From: the human T2T-CHM13v2.0 reference genome, Homo sapiens
Strand: one strand, 5' to 3'
Assembly: GCF_009914755.1 (NCBI RefSeq)
Contig: NC_060936.1
DNA length: 64,000 nucleotides
The notes beneath the pieces were generated by a model. The model worked only from the letters and a program-made list of their open reading frames with translations. It ran no database searches and was not told where the DNA came from. Both the position numbers and the translations under genes were made by a program. Shown in pieces: positions 45,045 to 57,331 of this stretch. Each line of letters opens with the position of its first letter. The first letter of the stretch is position 1.

Positions 45045-47675
45045 TTTGATAGTTTAAAGTTTATTGTTCTTTCTATAAACCTTTTAATTTCAAACTGTTT
45101 TAGATTTACAGAAAATTGGATGATACAGTTTTCCCATACACTCTTACTCTACTACATCTTCCATTATCATGATATGCTTACCACAATGAATGACAAAATA
45201 CAAGTATATTGTCATTAAATGAAGTCCATTCTCTCTTCAGATTTCCTCAGTCTTTCCCTAATATCCTTTTCATGTTCCACTATTCTATCCAGAATATCAC
45301 ATTAGTTATGTCTCCTTAGGCTTCTCTTGCCTGTAACAATTTCTCAGACTTTTCTTTTCTTTTTTATTTGATAACCTTTACACTTTTAAGAAATTCTGAT
45401 ACCAGTACCATGCTGTTTTGGTTACTGTAGCCCTGTAGTATAGTTTGAAGTTGGTTAGCATGATGCCTCCAGCTTTGTTCTTTTTGCTTAGGATTGCATT
45501 GGCTATTTGGGCTCTTTTATAGTTCATCATGAATTTTAAAATACTTTTCTCTAGTTCTAAATCATTATATTATAAAGACACCTGCACATTTATGTTCATT
45601 GCAGCACTATTTGCAATAGCAAAGACATGGAATCAACCTAAATGCCCATCGATGACAGGCTGGATAAAGAAAATGTGGCACATATACACCATGGAATACT
45701 ATGCAGCCATAAACAAGAATGAGATCATGTCCTTTGCAGGGACATGGACGGAGCTGGAGGCCATTATCCTTAGCAGACTGACACAGGAACAGAACACCAA
45801 ATCCTGCATGCTCTCACTTATAAGTGGGAGCTAAATGATAAGAGCACATGAACACATAGAGGGAAACAACACACACTGGGGCCTATCAGAGGGTGGAAGG
45901 TGGGAGGACGAGGAGGATAAGGAAAAATAACTAATGGGTACTAGGCTTAATACCTGGGTGATAATATAATCTGTAGAACAAACCCCCAGGACACATGTTT
46001 TCCTATGCATCAAACCTGCACAATGTGCCCCTGAACTTAAAATACAAGTTAACCAAAAAAAAGAAATTCTGGTATTCCTTAAATGATCAGGTAGTCTGTG
46101 AAATGTCCCTCCATTGAGATACACCTGGTGTTTTTCTTGTGAATAGACAGGAGTGATGTGTTTGGGGGAGAAAGACCACACAGTCAAGTGCCATTCTTGT
46201 CATATCATATCAAGGGTATATATCATCATGTGACTTTATCACTACTGATGTTATTAAACTTGATCCTTTGGCTAAGTAGTGCTTGTTGTGATTCTCCACT
46301 GTACAATTACTTTCCCTCTGATTTCCATACTTTTCTCTTTGGAAGGACGTTACTATGCATAGTCCAAAGCTTAAGGAGCAGTAAGTTATACTCACTTCTT
46401 GAAGATTGGCTATCTACATAAATGACATGGAATGCCTCTGCACAGATTTGTCCATTCTCTCCCAGTTATGTCAGTGTTCACTCCTGGATGTTAATTTCAT
46501 ATTTGGGTTATAATACTATTTCATTTATTTCTTTGCTCATATTGTCCCAGGCTTGGCCCTTGGGAGCCCTCAGCTGGCTCTCCATCATGTTGACATCACA
46601 ATTTTTTTTTTTTAAGCTCTTCGTTACTTACTTGTACTATGAGATGCTCCAGGATCATCTTATGTATTTCCTACCCTGGTCATAAAGTCAGACATTTCTC
46701 CAAAGATACTAGGTTCTGTTATTTATATGATGTAAGAAACCAACATTGGGGCTGTAGTGTGCTCATTCATATTGGGGTGTTCTTTCTATTTCCTCTGAGC
46801 TGACAGAGCAAAGAAATATATATGCATATACTAACCCACATGCATGCATCTATGAATATATCCACATGCTACCTTACACAGATATATCTATGTTGAAGTA
46901 AATATTATTTCATATGGATGCTCTCAGCTCTAATCTATTATTATATAGATCATCACACCCTCCTTCCTTGTTCAGCTGTAAGTTCTTAATGTGAAAAACC
47001 TGGACCCCACTGTATACAGTCCATTTACATATTTATTTCCAGAATACATGTTAGAGTGGTTTTACAATTGTCAACATCAACCCATGTGAAAAACAGTTCT
47101 ATCAAATAAAGTACAATGTTTCTGTGCAGTACATTTTGTTGAGTTTTAAAGACTCCACTAAACTTCCAAAGTAATTTAGGTCAGTAACCCCCATCCCTGA
47201 AGCTTCAGAGAGGTTGTTTCATGTATTTGTAATATGGTTCAATTTTTTGGCATGTTCTGCATTTCATCCTGTGATTTCCTGCACTCCTAATATTTTCTGA
47301 TTTGTATACATTCACTCCTTGTGCTTTTATCAGTATGTAATGTTGCTCTTTAGCAATGACAATATTTCTTGTTCTGAAGTCTGCTTTTCCTGAAATTAAT
47401 ATAGATACTACAGCTTTCTTTTGATTGTTGTTATCATGGTATGCCTTTCTCCATCTCTTTACTTTTCTGATTCTCTATATTTAAAGTAGATTTCTTATAG
47501 GTAATATATAGTCAAATCTTGTTTGTTTATAGACTGTTTATAACAGTCTCTGTCTTTTAATTGGTATAATTTGACCATTCACACTCATATATATATAAAT
47601 ATTACATGTTTGTTACTGTTTACTATTCCTTTGTTCTTTTTTTCTTTTCCGTTTCCTTCTGCCTTTTCTGGTTTT
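45045..47675 (-). mobile_element. Old L1MC/L1M fossil hosting two younger L1 insertions; resumes at ~54192-54565
   Basis: TTTTAGATTTACAGAAAATTG 3' end, GACAGTT/TCAGGTA-type internal motifs and TTCTGAAGTCTGCTTT motifs. Confidence 0.7.
45399..46060 (+). mobile_element. 5'-inverted (twin-primed) truncated L1, L1PA15/16-like
   Basis: 45399-45558 is ORF2 in reverse orientation; 45559-46060 is the ORF2 end, 3'UTR and A-tail forward. TSD AAGAAATTCTG (45388-45398 / 46061-46071). Confidence 0.88.
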
Positions 47676-50600
47676 GTCTTTATTTTTACTTTTTAATTCT
47701 ATATGCTAATTAGTGTTCTTTTTCTTTGTTTCTTCTAAAAAAATGGGATACATGTGCAGATCCTGCAGGTTTGTTACATAGGTATACGTGTGCCATGGTG
47801 GTTTGCTGCACCTATTGACCTGTCCTCTAAGTTCCCTCCCCTCACCCCTCACCCCCCAACAGGCCCTGGTGTGTGTTATTCCGCTCTCTGTGTCCATGTG
47901 TTCTCAATGTTCAACTCCCACTTATGAATAAGAACATGTGGTTTTTGGTTTTCTGTTCCTGTGTTAGTTTGCTGAGGATGTTGGGTTCCAGCTTCATCCA
48001 TGTCCCTTCAAAGGACACGATCTCATTCCTTTTTATGACTGCATACTATTTCATGGTGTATATTTACCACATTTTCTTTATCCAGTCTATCATTGATGGG
48101 CATTTGGGTTGGTTCCATGTCTTTCCTATTGTAAACAGTGCTGCAGTAAACATATGTGTGCATGTGTCTTTATAGCAGAATGATTTATATTCCACTGGGC
48201 ATATACCCAGTAATGGGATTGCTGGGTCAAATGATATTTCTGGTTCTAGATCCTTGAGGAATCACCATCCTGTCTTCCACAATGGTTGAACTAATTTACA
48301 TTCCCACCAACAGTGTAAAAGCATTCCTGTTTCTCCACAGCCTCACCAGCATCTATTGTTTCCTGACTTCTTAATAATCACAAGTATTCCTTAATAATCG
48401 CCATTCTGACTGGCATGAGATGGTATCTCATTGAGGTTTTGATTTGAATTTTCCTGATGATCAGCGATGTTTAACTTTTTTAATAAGTTTTTTGGTCGCA
48501 TAAATGTCTTCTTTTGAGAAGTGTCTGTTCATATCCTTTGATGGGGTTGTTTGTTTTTTTCCTGTAAATATGTTTATGTTCCTTGTAAATTCTGGATATT
48601 AGATTTTGGTCAGATGGTTAGATTGCAAAAATTTTCTCCCAATCTGTAGGTTGCTTGTTCATTCTGATGATAATTTCTTTTGCTGTGAGGAAGCTCTTTA
48701 GTTTAATTATATTCCATTTGTCAATTTTGACTTTTGTTGCAAATGCTTTTGGCATTTTTGTCATGAAGCCTTTGCCCATGCCTATGTCCTGAATGGTATT
48801 GCCTAGGTTTTCTTCTAGGGTTTTTATGGTTTGGGGTTTAACATTTAAGTCTCTAATTCATCTTGAGTAAATTTTTGTATAAGGTGTAAGGAAGGGTTCC
48901 AGTTTCTGTTTTCTGCATATGGCTAGCCTGTTTTCCCAGCACCATTTACTGAATAGGAGATCCTTTCCCCATTGCTTGTTTTTGTCCAGTTTGTTGAAGA
49001 TCAGATGGTTTTAGATGTGTGGTGTTATTTCTGAAATCTCTGTTCTGCTCCATTGGTCTATGTGTCTATTTTGGTACCAGTACCATGCTGTTTTGCTTAC
49101 TGTAGACTTGTAGTATAGTTTGAAGTCAGGTAGCATGATGCCTCCAGGTTTTTTTTTTTTTTTTGCTTCAGATTGTCTTGGCTGTACAAGGTCTTCTTTG
49201 ATTCCATGTGAATTTTAAAATAGTTTTGTTTCTAATTCTCTGAAGAATGTCAATGGTAGTTTGATAAGAATAGCTTTGAATCTATAAATTATTTTGGCCA
49301 GTATGGCCATTTTCACAATATTGATTCTTCCCATCCTTGAGGATGGAATGTTTTTCCATTTATTTGTGTCCTCTCTTATTTCCTTGAGCAGTGGTTTGTA
49401 GTTCTCTTTGAAGAGGCCTTTCACATCCCCTGTTAGCTGTATTCCTAGGTATTTTTTCTCTTTTTAGCAATTGTGAATGGGAGTTCATTCATGATTTGGC
49501 TCTCTCCTTGCCTATTGTTGGTGTAAAGGAATGCTTGTGATTTTTACACATTGATTTTGTATCCTGAGATTTTGCTGAAGTTGTTTATCAGTTCAAGAAG
49601 TTTTTGGGCTGAGATGACAGGGTTTTCTAAATATAAAATCATGTCATCTGCAAAAAAGACAACTTGACTTCCTCTCTTTCTGTTTGAATACCCTTTATTT
49701 CTGTCTCTTACCTGATTTCCCTGGCCAGAACTTCCAATACTATGTTGAATAGGAGTGGTGAGAGAGGGCATCCTTGTCTTCTACTGGTTTTCAAAGAGAA
49801 TGCTTTCAGCTTTTGCCCATTGAATTTGATATTTGCTGTGGGTTTGTCATAAATAGCTCTTATTATTTGGAAATATGTTCCATCAATACCTAGTTTATTG
49901 AGAGTATTAAACATGAAGGGATGTTGAATTTTATCAAAGGCCTTTTCTGCATCTATTGGGAAAATCTTGTGATTTTTGTCTTTGGTTCTGCTTATATGAT
50001 GGATTACGTTTATTGATTTGTTTATGTTACATTTATTGATTTGTTTATGTTGAACAGCCTTGTATCCCAGGGATGAAGCTGACTTGATCATGGGGGATAA
50101 GTTTTTTGATGTGCTGCTGGATTCAGTTTGCCAGTATTTTATTGAGGACTTTTGCATGGATGTTCATCAGGGATATTGGCCTGAAGTTTTCTTTTTCTGT
50201 TGTGTTTCTGCCAGGTTTTGGTGTCAGGATGTTGCTTGCTTCATAAAATGAGTTGGGAGGAGTCCCTCCTTTTCAACTGTTTGAAATAGTTTCAGAAGGA
50301 ATGGTACCAGCTCCTTTCTGTATTTCTGGTAAAATTCAGCTGTGAATCCGTCTGGTCCTGAGCTTTTTCTGGTTGGTAGGCTATTAATTACTGCCTCAAT
50401 TTCAGACCTTGTTATTGGCCTATTCAGGGACTCCATTTCTTCCTGGTTTAGTCTTGGTAGGATGTATGTGTCCAGGAATTTATCCATTTCTTCTAGATTT
50501 TCTAGTTTATTTGCGTAGAGGTGTTTATATTATTCTCTGATAGTAGTTTGTGTTTCTGTGGGGCCAGTGGTGATATCCCCTTTATCATTTTTTATTGTGT

Positions 50601-53600
50601 CTATTTGATTCTTTTCTCTCTTCTTTATTAGTCTAGCTAGTAGTCTATCTATTATGCTAACTTTTTCAAAAACCCAGCTCCTGGATTCATTAATTTTTAG
50701 AGGGTTTTTCATGTCTCTATCTCCTTCAATTCTTCTCTGATCTTAGGTATTTCTTGTCTTCTGCTAGTTTTTGGATTCGTTTGTTCTTTGCTGTCTAGCT
50801 CTTTTAATTGTGATGTTAGAGTGTTGATTTGAGAAGTTTCTAGTTTTCTAATGTGGGCATTTAGTGCTATAAATTTCCTTCTTAACACTGCTTTAGCTGT
50901 GTCCCAGAGATTCTGGTACATTGTCTCTTTGTTCTCATTGGTTTCAAAGAACTTGTTGATTTTTGCCTTAATTTCATTATTTACCCAGGAGTCATTCAGG
51001 AGCGGGTTGTTCAATTTCCCTGAAATTGTATTGTTTTGAGGGAATTTCTTAATCCTGAGTTCTAATTTGATTGCACTGTGATCTGAGAGACTGTTTGTTA
51101 TGATTTCAGGTCTTTTGCATTTGCTGAGGAGTGTTTTACTTCCAATTATGTGGTCAATTTTAGAATAAGTTCCATGTGGTACTGAGAAGAACATATATTC
51201 TGTTGATTTGGGGTACATAGTTCTGTAGACATCTACTAGGTCCACTTGATCCAGAGCTGAGTTCAAGTCCTGAATATCCTTGTTAACTTTCTGCCTCATT
51301 GATCTGTCTAATATTGACAGTGGGGTGTTAAGATCTCCCATTATTGTGTGGGAGTCTAAGTGTCTTTGTAGGTCTCTAAGAACTTGTTTTATGAATATGG
51401 GTGCTCTGGTATTGGGTGCATATATATTCAGAATAGTTAGCTCTTCTTATTGAATTGTTCCCTTTACTATTACGTAATGCCCTTCTTTGTCTTTTTTTAT
51501 CTTTATTTGTTTAAAGTCTGTTTTGTCAGAGACTAGGATTGCAACCCCTGCTTTTTTTTGCTTTCCATTTGCTTGTTAAATTTTCCTTCCATCCCTTTAT
51601 TTTGAGCCTGTGTGTGTCTTTGCATGTAAGATGGGTCTCCTGAATGCAGCACACCAATGGGTCTTGACTCCTTATCCAATTTGCCAGTCTGTGTCTTTTA
51701 ATTGGGGCATTTAGCCCATTTACATTTAAGGTTAGCATTGTAATGTGTGAATCTGATCCTGTCATCATGATGCTAACTAGTTATTTTGCACACGAGTTGA
51801 TGTAGTTTCTTCAGTGTCATTGGTCTTTATATTTTTGTGTGTTTTTGCAGTGGCTGGTATCGGTTTTTCCTTTCCATGTTTAGTGCTTCTTTCAAGAGCT
51901 CTTGCAGGACAGGCCTGGTGGTAACAAAATCCTTCAGGATTTTCTTGTCTGGAAAGGATTTTATTTCTCCTTCACTTATGAAGCTGACTTTGTCTAGATA
52001 TGAAATTCTGGGTTGAAAACTCTTTCCTTTAAGAATGTTGAATATTGGCCCCCAATCTCTTCTGGCTTGTAGAGTTTCTGCAGAGAGGTCCATTGTTAGT
52101 CTGACGGGCTTCCCTTTGTGGGTGACCTGACCTTTCTCTCTGGCTGCCTTTAAGAGTTTTTCCTTCATTTTGACCTTGAAAAAATCTGATGATTATGTGT
52201 CTTGGGGTTGATCTTCTCCTGGAGAGTCTTAATGGTGTTCTCTGTATTTCCTGAATTTGCATGTTGGCCTGTCCTGCTAGGCTGGGGAAGTTCTCCTGGA
52301 TAATATCCTGAAGTGTGTTTTCCAGCTTGTTTCCATTCTCCCTGTCTCCTTCTGGTACTCCAATCAATTGTAGGTTCAGTCTTTTTATGAAGTCCCATAT
52401 TTCTTGGAGGCTTTGTTCATTCCTTTTCATTCTTTTTTTCTCTATTCTTGTCTGCATGTCTTATTTCAGTAAACGTGGTCTTCAAACTCTGATATTCTTT
52501 TTTCCACTTGGCCAGTTCAGCTGTTGATACTTCGATATGCTTCACAAAGTTCTCTTGCTGTGTTTTTCAGCTTCATCAGGTCATTTATGTTCCTTTCTAA
52601 ACTGGTTATTCTAGTTATCAATTCCTCTAATGTTTTATCAAGGTTCTTAGCTTCTTCATGTTGGGTTAGAACATGCTTGTTTAGCTCATAAAAAAAAAAA
52701 AAAGCTCATCATAGTTTTTTATTACCCATCTTCTGAATCCTACTTCTGTCAATTCGTCCATCTGATTCTCTGTCCAGTTCTGTGCCCTTGATGGAGAGAT
52801 GTTGGGATCATTTGGAGAAGAGGAGGCACTCTGGCCTTTTGAGTTTTCAGCATTTTTTCATTGATTCTTTCTCATCTTCATGAGTTTGTCTAGTTTTGGT
52901 TTTTGAGGCTGCTGACCCTTGGATGGGGTTTTTATGGGGGCCTTTTTGTTGTTGTTGTTGTTGATGCTGTTGTTGTTCCTTTCTGCTTGTTTACTTTCTT
53001 TCAATAGTCAGGTCCCTCTTCTGTAGGGTGGCTGCAATTTGCTGGGGGTTCATTTCAGGTCTTATTCATCTGATTCGGTCCTGTGCCTGGAAATGCCACT
53101 CGACAAGGCTGGAGAGCAGCCAAGATGTTTTCCTCCTCCTTCTTCTGGGACCTCTGACCTCAAGGGGCACCAACCTGATGCCAGTAGGATTGCCCCTGTA
53201 TGGGGTGTCTAACAACCCCTGCTGGAGGGTCTCACCCAGTTGGGTGACACAGGGAGCAGGACCCATTTAACAAAGCACTTTGTCCCTTGGTGGAGAGGGT
53301 GTGTTTCACTGGGGGAAGCCCACTTGTCTAGGCTGCCCAGATTCCTCAGAACTACCAAGAGGAGAGGCTAAGTCTGCTGATCTGCAGACTGTGGCCACCC
53401 CTCCCCCTGGGGGCTCAGGCCCAGGGAGATCCTCTGGCTGGAGTTATTGGAGATTCTGCAGGGAAGCCCCGCCCACTGAAGAAGGATGGGTCAGGGTTAG
53501 ACCTGAAGAGGCACTCTGGCCACAGACTGGCACAGCCCATGCGTTGAGCTGTGGGACAAGTCTTGGGACCAAGCTGTCCAGCCTCCTTGGCTCCACCAGC

Positions 53601-54191
53601 AGAAAAACGCAGCCTGGAGCTATAGAAATGGGTGGCACCCTTCCCCTGCCCATGGAGCTTAGCTTGTTAGGCAGTTGCGAGTCCCAGTACTGGCTGCTGC
53701 CCCTCCCCCATGAGGCTAAAAGGCTTAGAGAGCAGGCAGCTGAAGCAGGTGCAAGTCGCCCCTCCCATTAGGAGTTCCTCAGGCTTAAGCAGATTCCAGC
53801 TGAGAGGATGTAAGAATCTGCGTGTTCCAGGGTTGGGAGGCTAGGCCCTGGTGGGGTGGGTTCGTGACTGGGATCTTCCGATCCGTGGGTTGCATACTTC
53901 CGTGGGATAAGCACAGTTTCCTAGGCTGGGTGGCATGCTCACTCACTGCGTCCCTTGGCTGGGGGTAGGGGGTTGCGGTGGCTCTCAGGTGGGCTGCCAC
54001 ACCACACCGATCTTCCTTCTCTCCGTGAGTCACGCCACCCTTCTAGTCAATTTTGATGAGAGAATCTGGATACCTTGGTTGCCAGTGAAGGATTCACACA
54101 CTTATTATGTTTTTCTTTTCTTTTTTTTTTTTTTTTTTTGGAGCCTCTGAATGCATCTGCTTCTAGTTGGCCATCTTGGCCCTGCCCCTCC
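47676..54191 (-). mobile_element. Full-length LINE-1, L1PA8-like, heavily disrupted
   Basis: 5' end GGGAGGGGCAGGGCCAAGATGGCC, ~1.3-kb 5'UTR, fragmented ORF1 (~51827-52875) and ORF2 (starts ~51768). L1PA8-type 3'UTR (GGGATACATGTGCAG, CCTCTAAGTTCCCTCCC). TSD CCTTTTCTGGT (47662-47672 / 54192-54202). Confidence 0.9.
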
Positions 54192-55429
54192 CCTTTTCTG
54201 GTGTTAATTGGGCATTTTATTTGATTCTATATTTTATTTGGTCTTAGTATGTGAATTATAGTTCTTTTTAATTTTTGTGTATGCTTGCCCTAGAGTTTGT
54301 AATATACATTCACAAATAATCGAAGTCCACCTTCAAATAGCATTATACTATTTCACATGTAGTACAGAAATCTTCCAATACAATATGACTGATTCATATG
54401 ACATTACTGTTACTGACTTCACTTATCCAAAAACTATAATCACCCAATGTATTGTTAATATTGTTACTTTAACAGTTACCATTTAGTCCAATTACAAGAA
54501 AGAACAATAGTTTTATCTTTTTCTGATGATCTTTTTTTCCTTATGGAGATCTGAGTTTTTGACACTATTGCATTACTGTCACAAGACAAAATTACACTTC
54601 CACTTCATGAGCAATGCTTTTGTTCTAGATGTAACTTCTTGCCACCTTCATTACACAGAAGAGATATCTGCTTGCAAAACTTTACAGTTCAGAGAGGTTT
54701 TTGTGGTTAATATTTCAAAGCTACCCAGTGACAGACATAAAATTATGTACCTCATTTATCACTGTGAGAGCTTTGATTATATTTCCCAACCCCAGCTTCA
54801 TGCCAAACTTTGCATCTGGAATTCACAGTTGCTACCTCTGTAAACCACTGCTTAGGATGCTATCTTGGTGCCCTCCACAGCATACAGGATCATGAATAAC
54901 TATATATGCAAATTATAGTAGCATGAGGTAGAAAGGTCGTGGCAGTCTGAAAATAAATACTCAATGTGCAGAATCACCACCACCATCGCTATTCCAACCC
55001 CTCTCCTTCGAGTTACATTTTTCACTGTGGCTGCACCATCCTAAAATATTCTGTATTTATAACCAGTTCCCCTTTCAATTTAGGGGAAATGAGAATAGTA
55101 TATTGTCCTCTCTAGGCAGCGATTTTGGGGAGATGTTTTCATGTGTTATAATCATTAGGACTGCTCATACATATTCTGGCTTTCTCTTATTTGGGGCACA
55201 TGGTGGGATTCTACATTCTCTCCCATTTGAAGGTCAGTTTACATTTGTAACTTGTTTTGACCAGTGAAATATGTGCAAGGATGGTATCATTTCTGGACTG
55301 AAGCTTTAAGAGACAGTGCAAGTACTGCCAGTTCTCTCCTTTGTTCTATAATGTCTGACAGTCCTGAGATGAGAACAATGCAAAGTACAGCACTCCAGCT
55401 CCATTCGAAAGGCAGGTTGCATGAGTAAG

Positions 55430-55690
55430 ATATAAGCCTCGCGTCTGTATCTCAAGTAGCACCCCCTCTAAAAATACGCTATCTGTTCACCTTAATTTAC
55501 TTTTGGCTTTGTAGCAAAAAGTCACTATCTGAAATTATATTGTGTATTGATCTATTTTCGGGCTTACTGCCAGTCTGTCTAGAGATGAGAACTCTGTCTC
55601 TCCTATTCAAGACCATAACCCTGTTGCCTTGAACGATGCCTGAAGCACGGCAAGTGCTCGGTCAAGTTTCTCTGAAAAACAGAATTAATA
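55430..55690 (+). mobile_element. L2 3' fossil
   Basis: GAACGATGCCTGAAGCACGGCAAGTGCTCGGTCAA degenerate L2 terminus. Confidence 0.5.
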
Positions 55691-55921
55691 AATGGCTTAA
55701 ATTGGAAATCAGTTTTCACAAATAAACTAAAACTTGAAACTAAAACTTGATGAAGCCTTACTTTAGGCACCTTCATACAAATTACATGCAACAAAAACAT
55801 TTCTTATGCACTTGCTATTCAGGGAATGCTTCCAGCTCACAGCTTTCCCTCTTTAGAATTCCCCATTAATTAGAAATGAAGGGCAATCTGTGATGGGAAC
55901 GCTGATTTATCAGTAGGGTTT

Positions 55922-55937
55922 TCTCTCTCTCTCTCTG

Positions 55938-55969
<32 letters not shown>

Positions 55970-56013
55970 GATATAGATATAGATATAGATATAGATATAG
56001 ATATAGATATATA
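55922..56013. repeat. Compound (TC)n(TA)n(TAGATA)n microsatellite
   Basis: Directly visible, ~350 bp upstream of the CpG island. Confidence 0.92.
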
Positions 56014-56349
56014 GCGAGTAGGTAAACAAGCAGGAGACTCTAAACAAAGCCATGGGCACAAATTACTGGGAAAAAAAGATACAAATGGAAGGAATGACAC
56101 AGCCGGCTGCTTATGTTATCATCATTTCCCTGTCCCTTGCCTTTCCAGCAGAGTCAACTTTGAGCCCTGTTGCAATGGTTCTTCTTCTAAGAAAATGATG
56201 ACACCCGGCTTTGTAAAAGAATTCTTTGCTCCCTGGAATGTGATGTACTGGAACAAAATGCATTTCCACGTCTGTAACAAAACAAAGAAAAACAAAAACA
56301 CTTTTAGAGACTGTAAAATAATAAAATTATCAACTGCAACACCTCAGGG

Positions 56350-57250
56350 ACGGCCCAGATGCTCCTATGGCCACGCACCTGCAGCAGGGACCTTCTCCCA
56401 GGTCGCCCCTACCGCCTGCCCAACTCGACCCCCGTCGTCTGCGCCTGCGCCCAGGCGCCTCTCACGCACCCCGGGCCCCCACCACCCTTTCCTGAGAACG
56501 TGAGCTTCGCCGTCTGCGCCTGCGCAAGGGAGCCCACCCGCTTCGCCGGAACTACCGCGGCACGAAGCCCCGCCCCCGCCCTCCTAGCCGTGGTCGCAGC
56601 CGTGTGCGCCTGCGCGCGGGATCCTCGCCGGCCTCGCTCTCTGCGCGGTCGGCGGCGCTGCAGGCGAGCACAGGACGATGACGAAGAGGACGGGGCTGCT
56701 GAGCGATCCCCAGCACCCAAGGACCTGGAGCCCCAGGTCGCAGCCTCAGGACCCGGAGGATGTGCCCAGCACCTCCAGGAGACGCGCGGACGAGGTCGTC
56801 GCCCCGCGGCTCGCCAATCAGGCGTAGTGTGGAGACAGGGCGGGGAGTACGCTGGCGGCCGTGTAGACCCGCAGCACGACACGGTGGACTCAGCCCGGGA
56901 GGGAGTCTAGCTGCGGGCCATGTCCAGCGTGGATTCCAGAACCCGCCGCCTAGAGTCGCGGGTCGTCCTGAGGGAGAACTGGCCCCTAGTGGGAGTTGGG
57001 CGCGTCCCTGGAACCTCCCCTCCTCGAGGGCTGGGAGTTAGCGGGAAGAAGAAGAGGCCGCGGGCACCATGATTCAGACCCGGAAACTACGCCTCCAGGC
57101 ATGGCTAGGAGAAATGGGCTTCGGAGACCATGGCCACCCCTCTCCCTGCCTAGGAGCACGCCTGCCCCAGCACCCGGGCCTGAACGCAGCGAGAGCTCCA
57201 GAGCCTGCGAGTCCCAGAGGTCAGGATCCGTTCCTTCTGAGGTGTCCCTA
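56350..57250. promoter_or_regulatory. CpG island / probable promoter of an unidentified, likely non-coding, transcript
   Basis: Very GC- and CpG-dense and not repeat-like. NRF1-like TGCGCCTGCGC at 56440, 56515 and 56605; GC boxes at ~56567 and ~56838; GCCAATCA at ~56813; CCGGAA ETS-like cores. Confidence 0.85.
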
Positions 57251-57331
57251 GGAGCTCCCTGAACCTCAAGCCAAAGGCCAGGCTACGGTGGTCAAGTCCC
57301 CCAAGTAGGGGGTCTTTTAAAATACTTGGGT

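Noticed and set aside
56359-56910. 183-aa (+) and 157-aa (-) ORFs in the CpG island as protein-coding genes
   Set aside because: Ala/Arg/Pro/Gly-rich, overlapping on both strands and with no recognisable domain, as expected by chance in GC-rich DNA.
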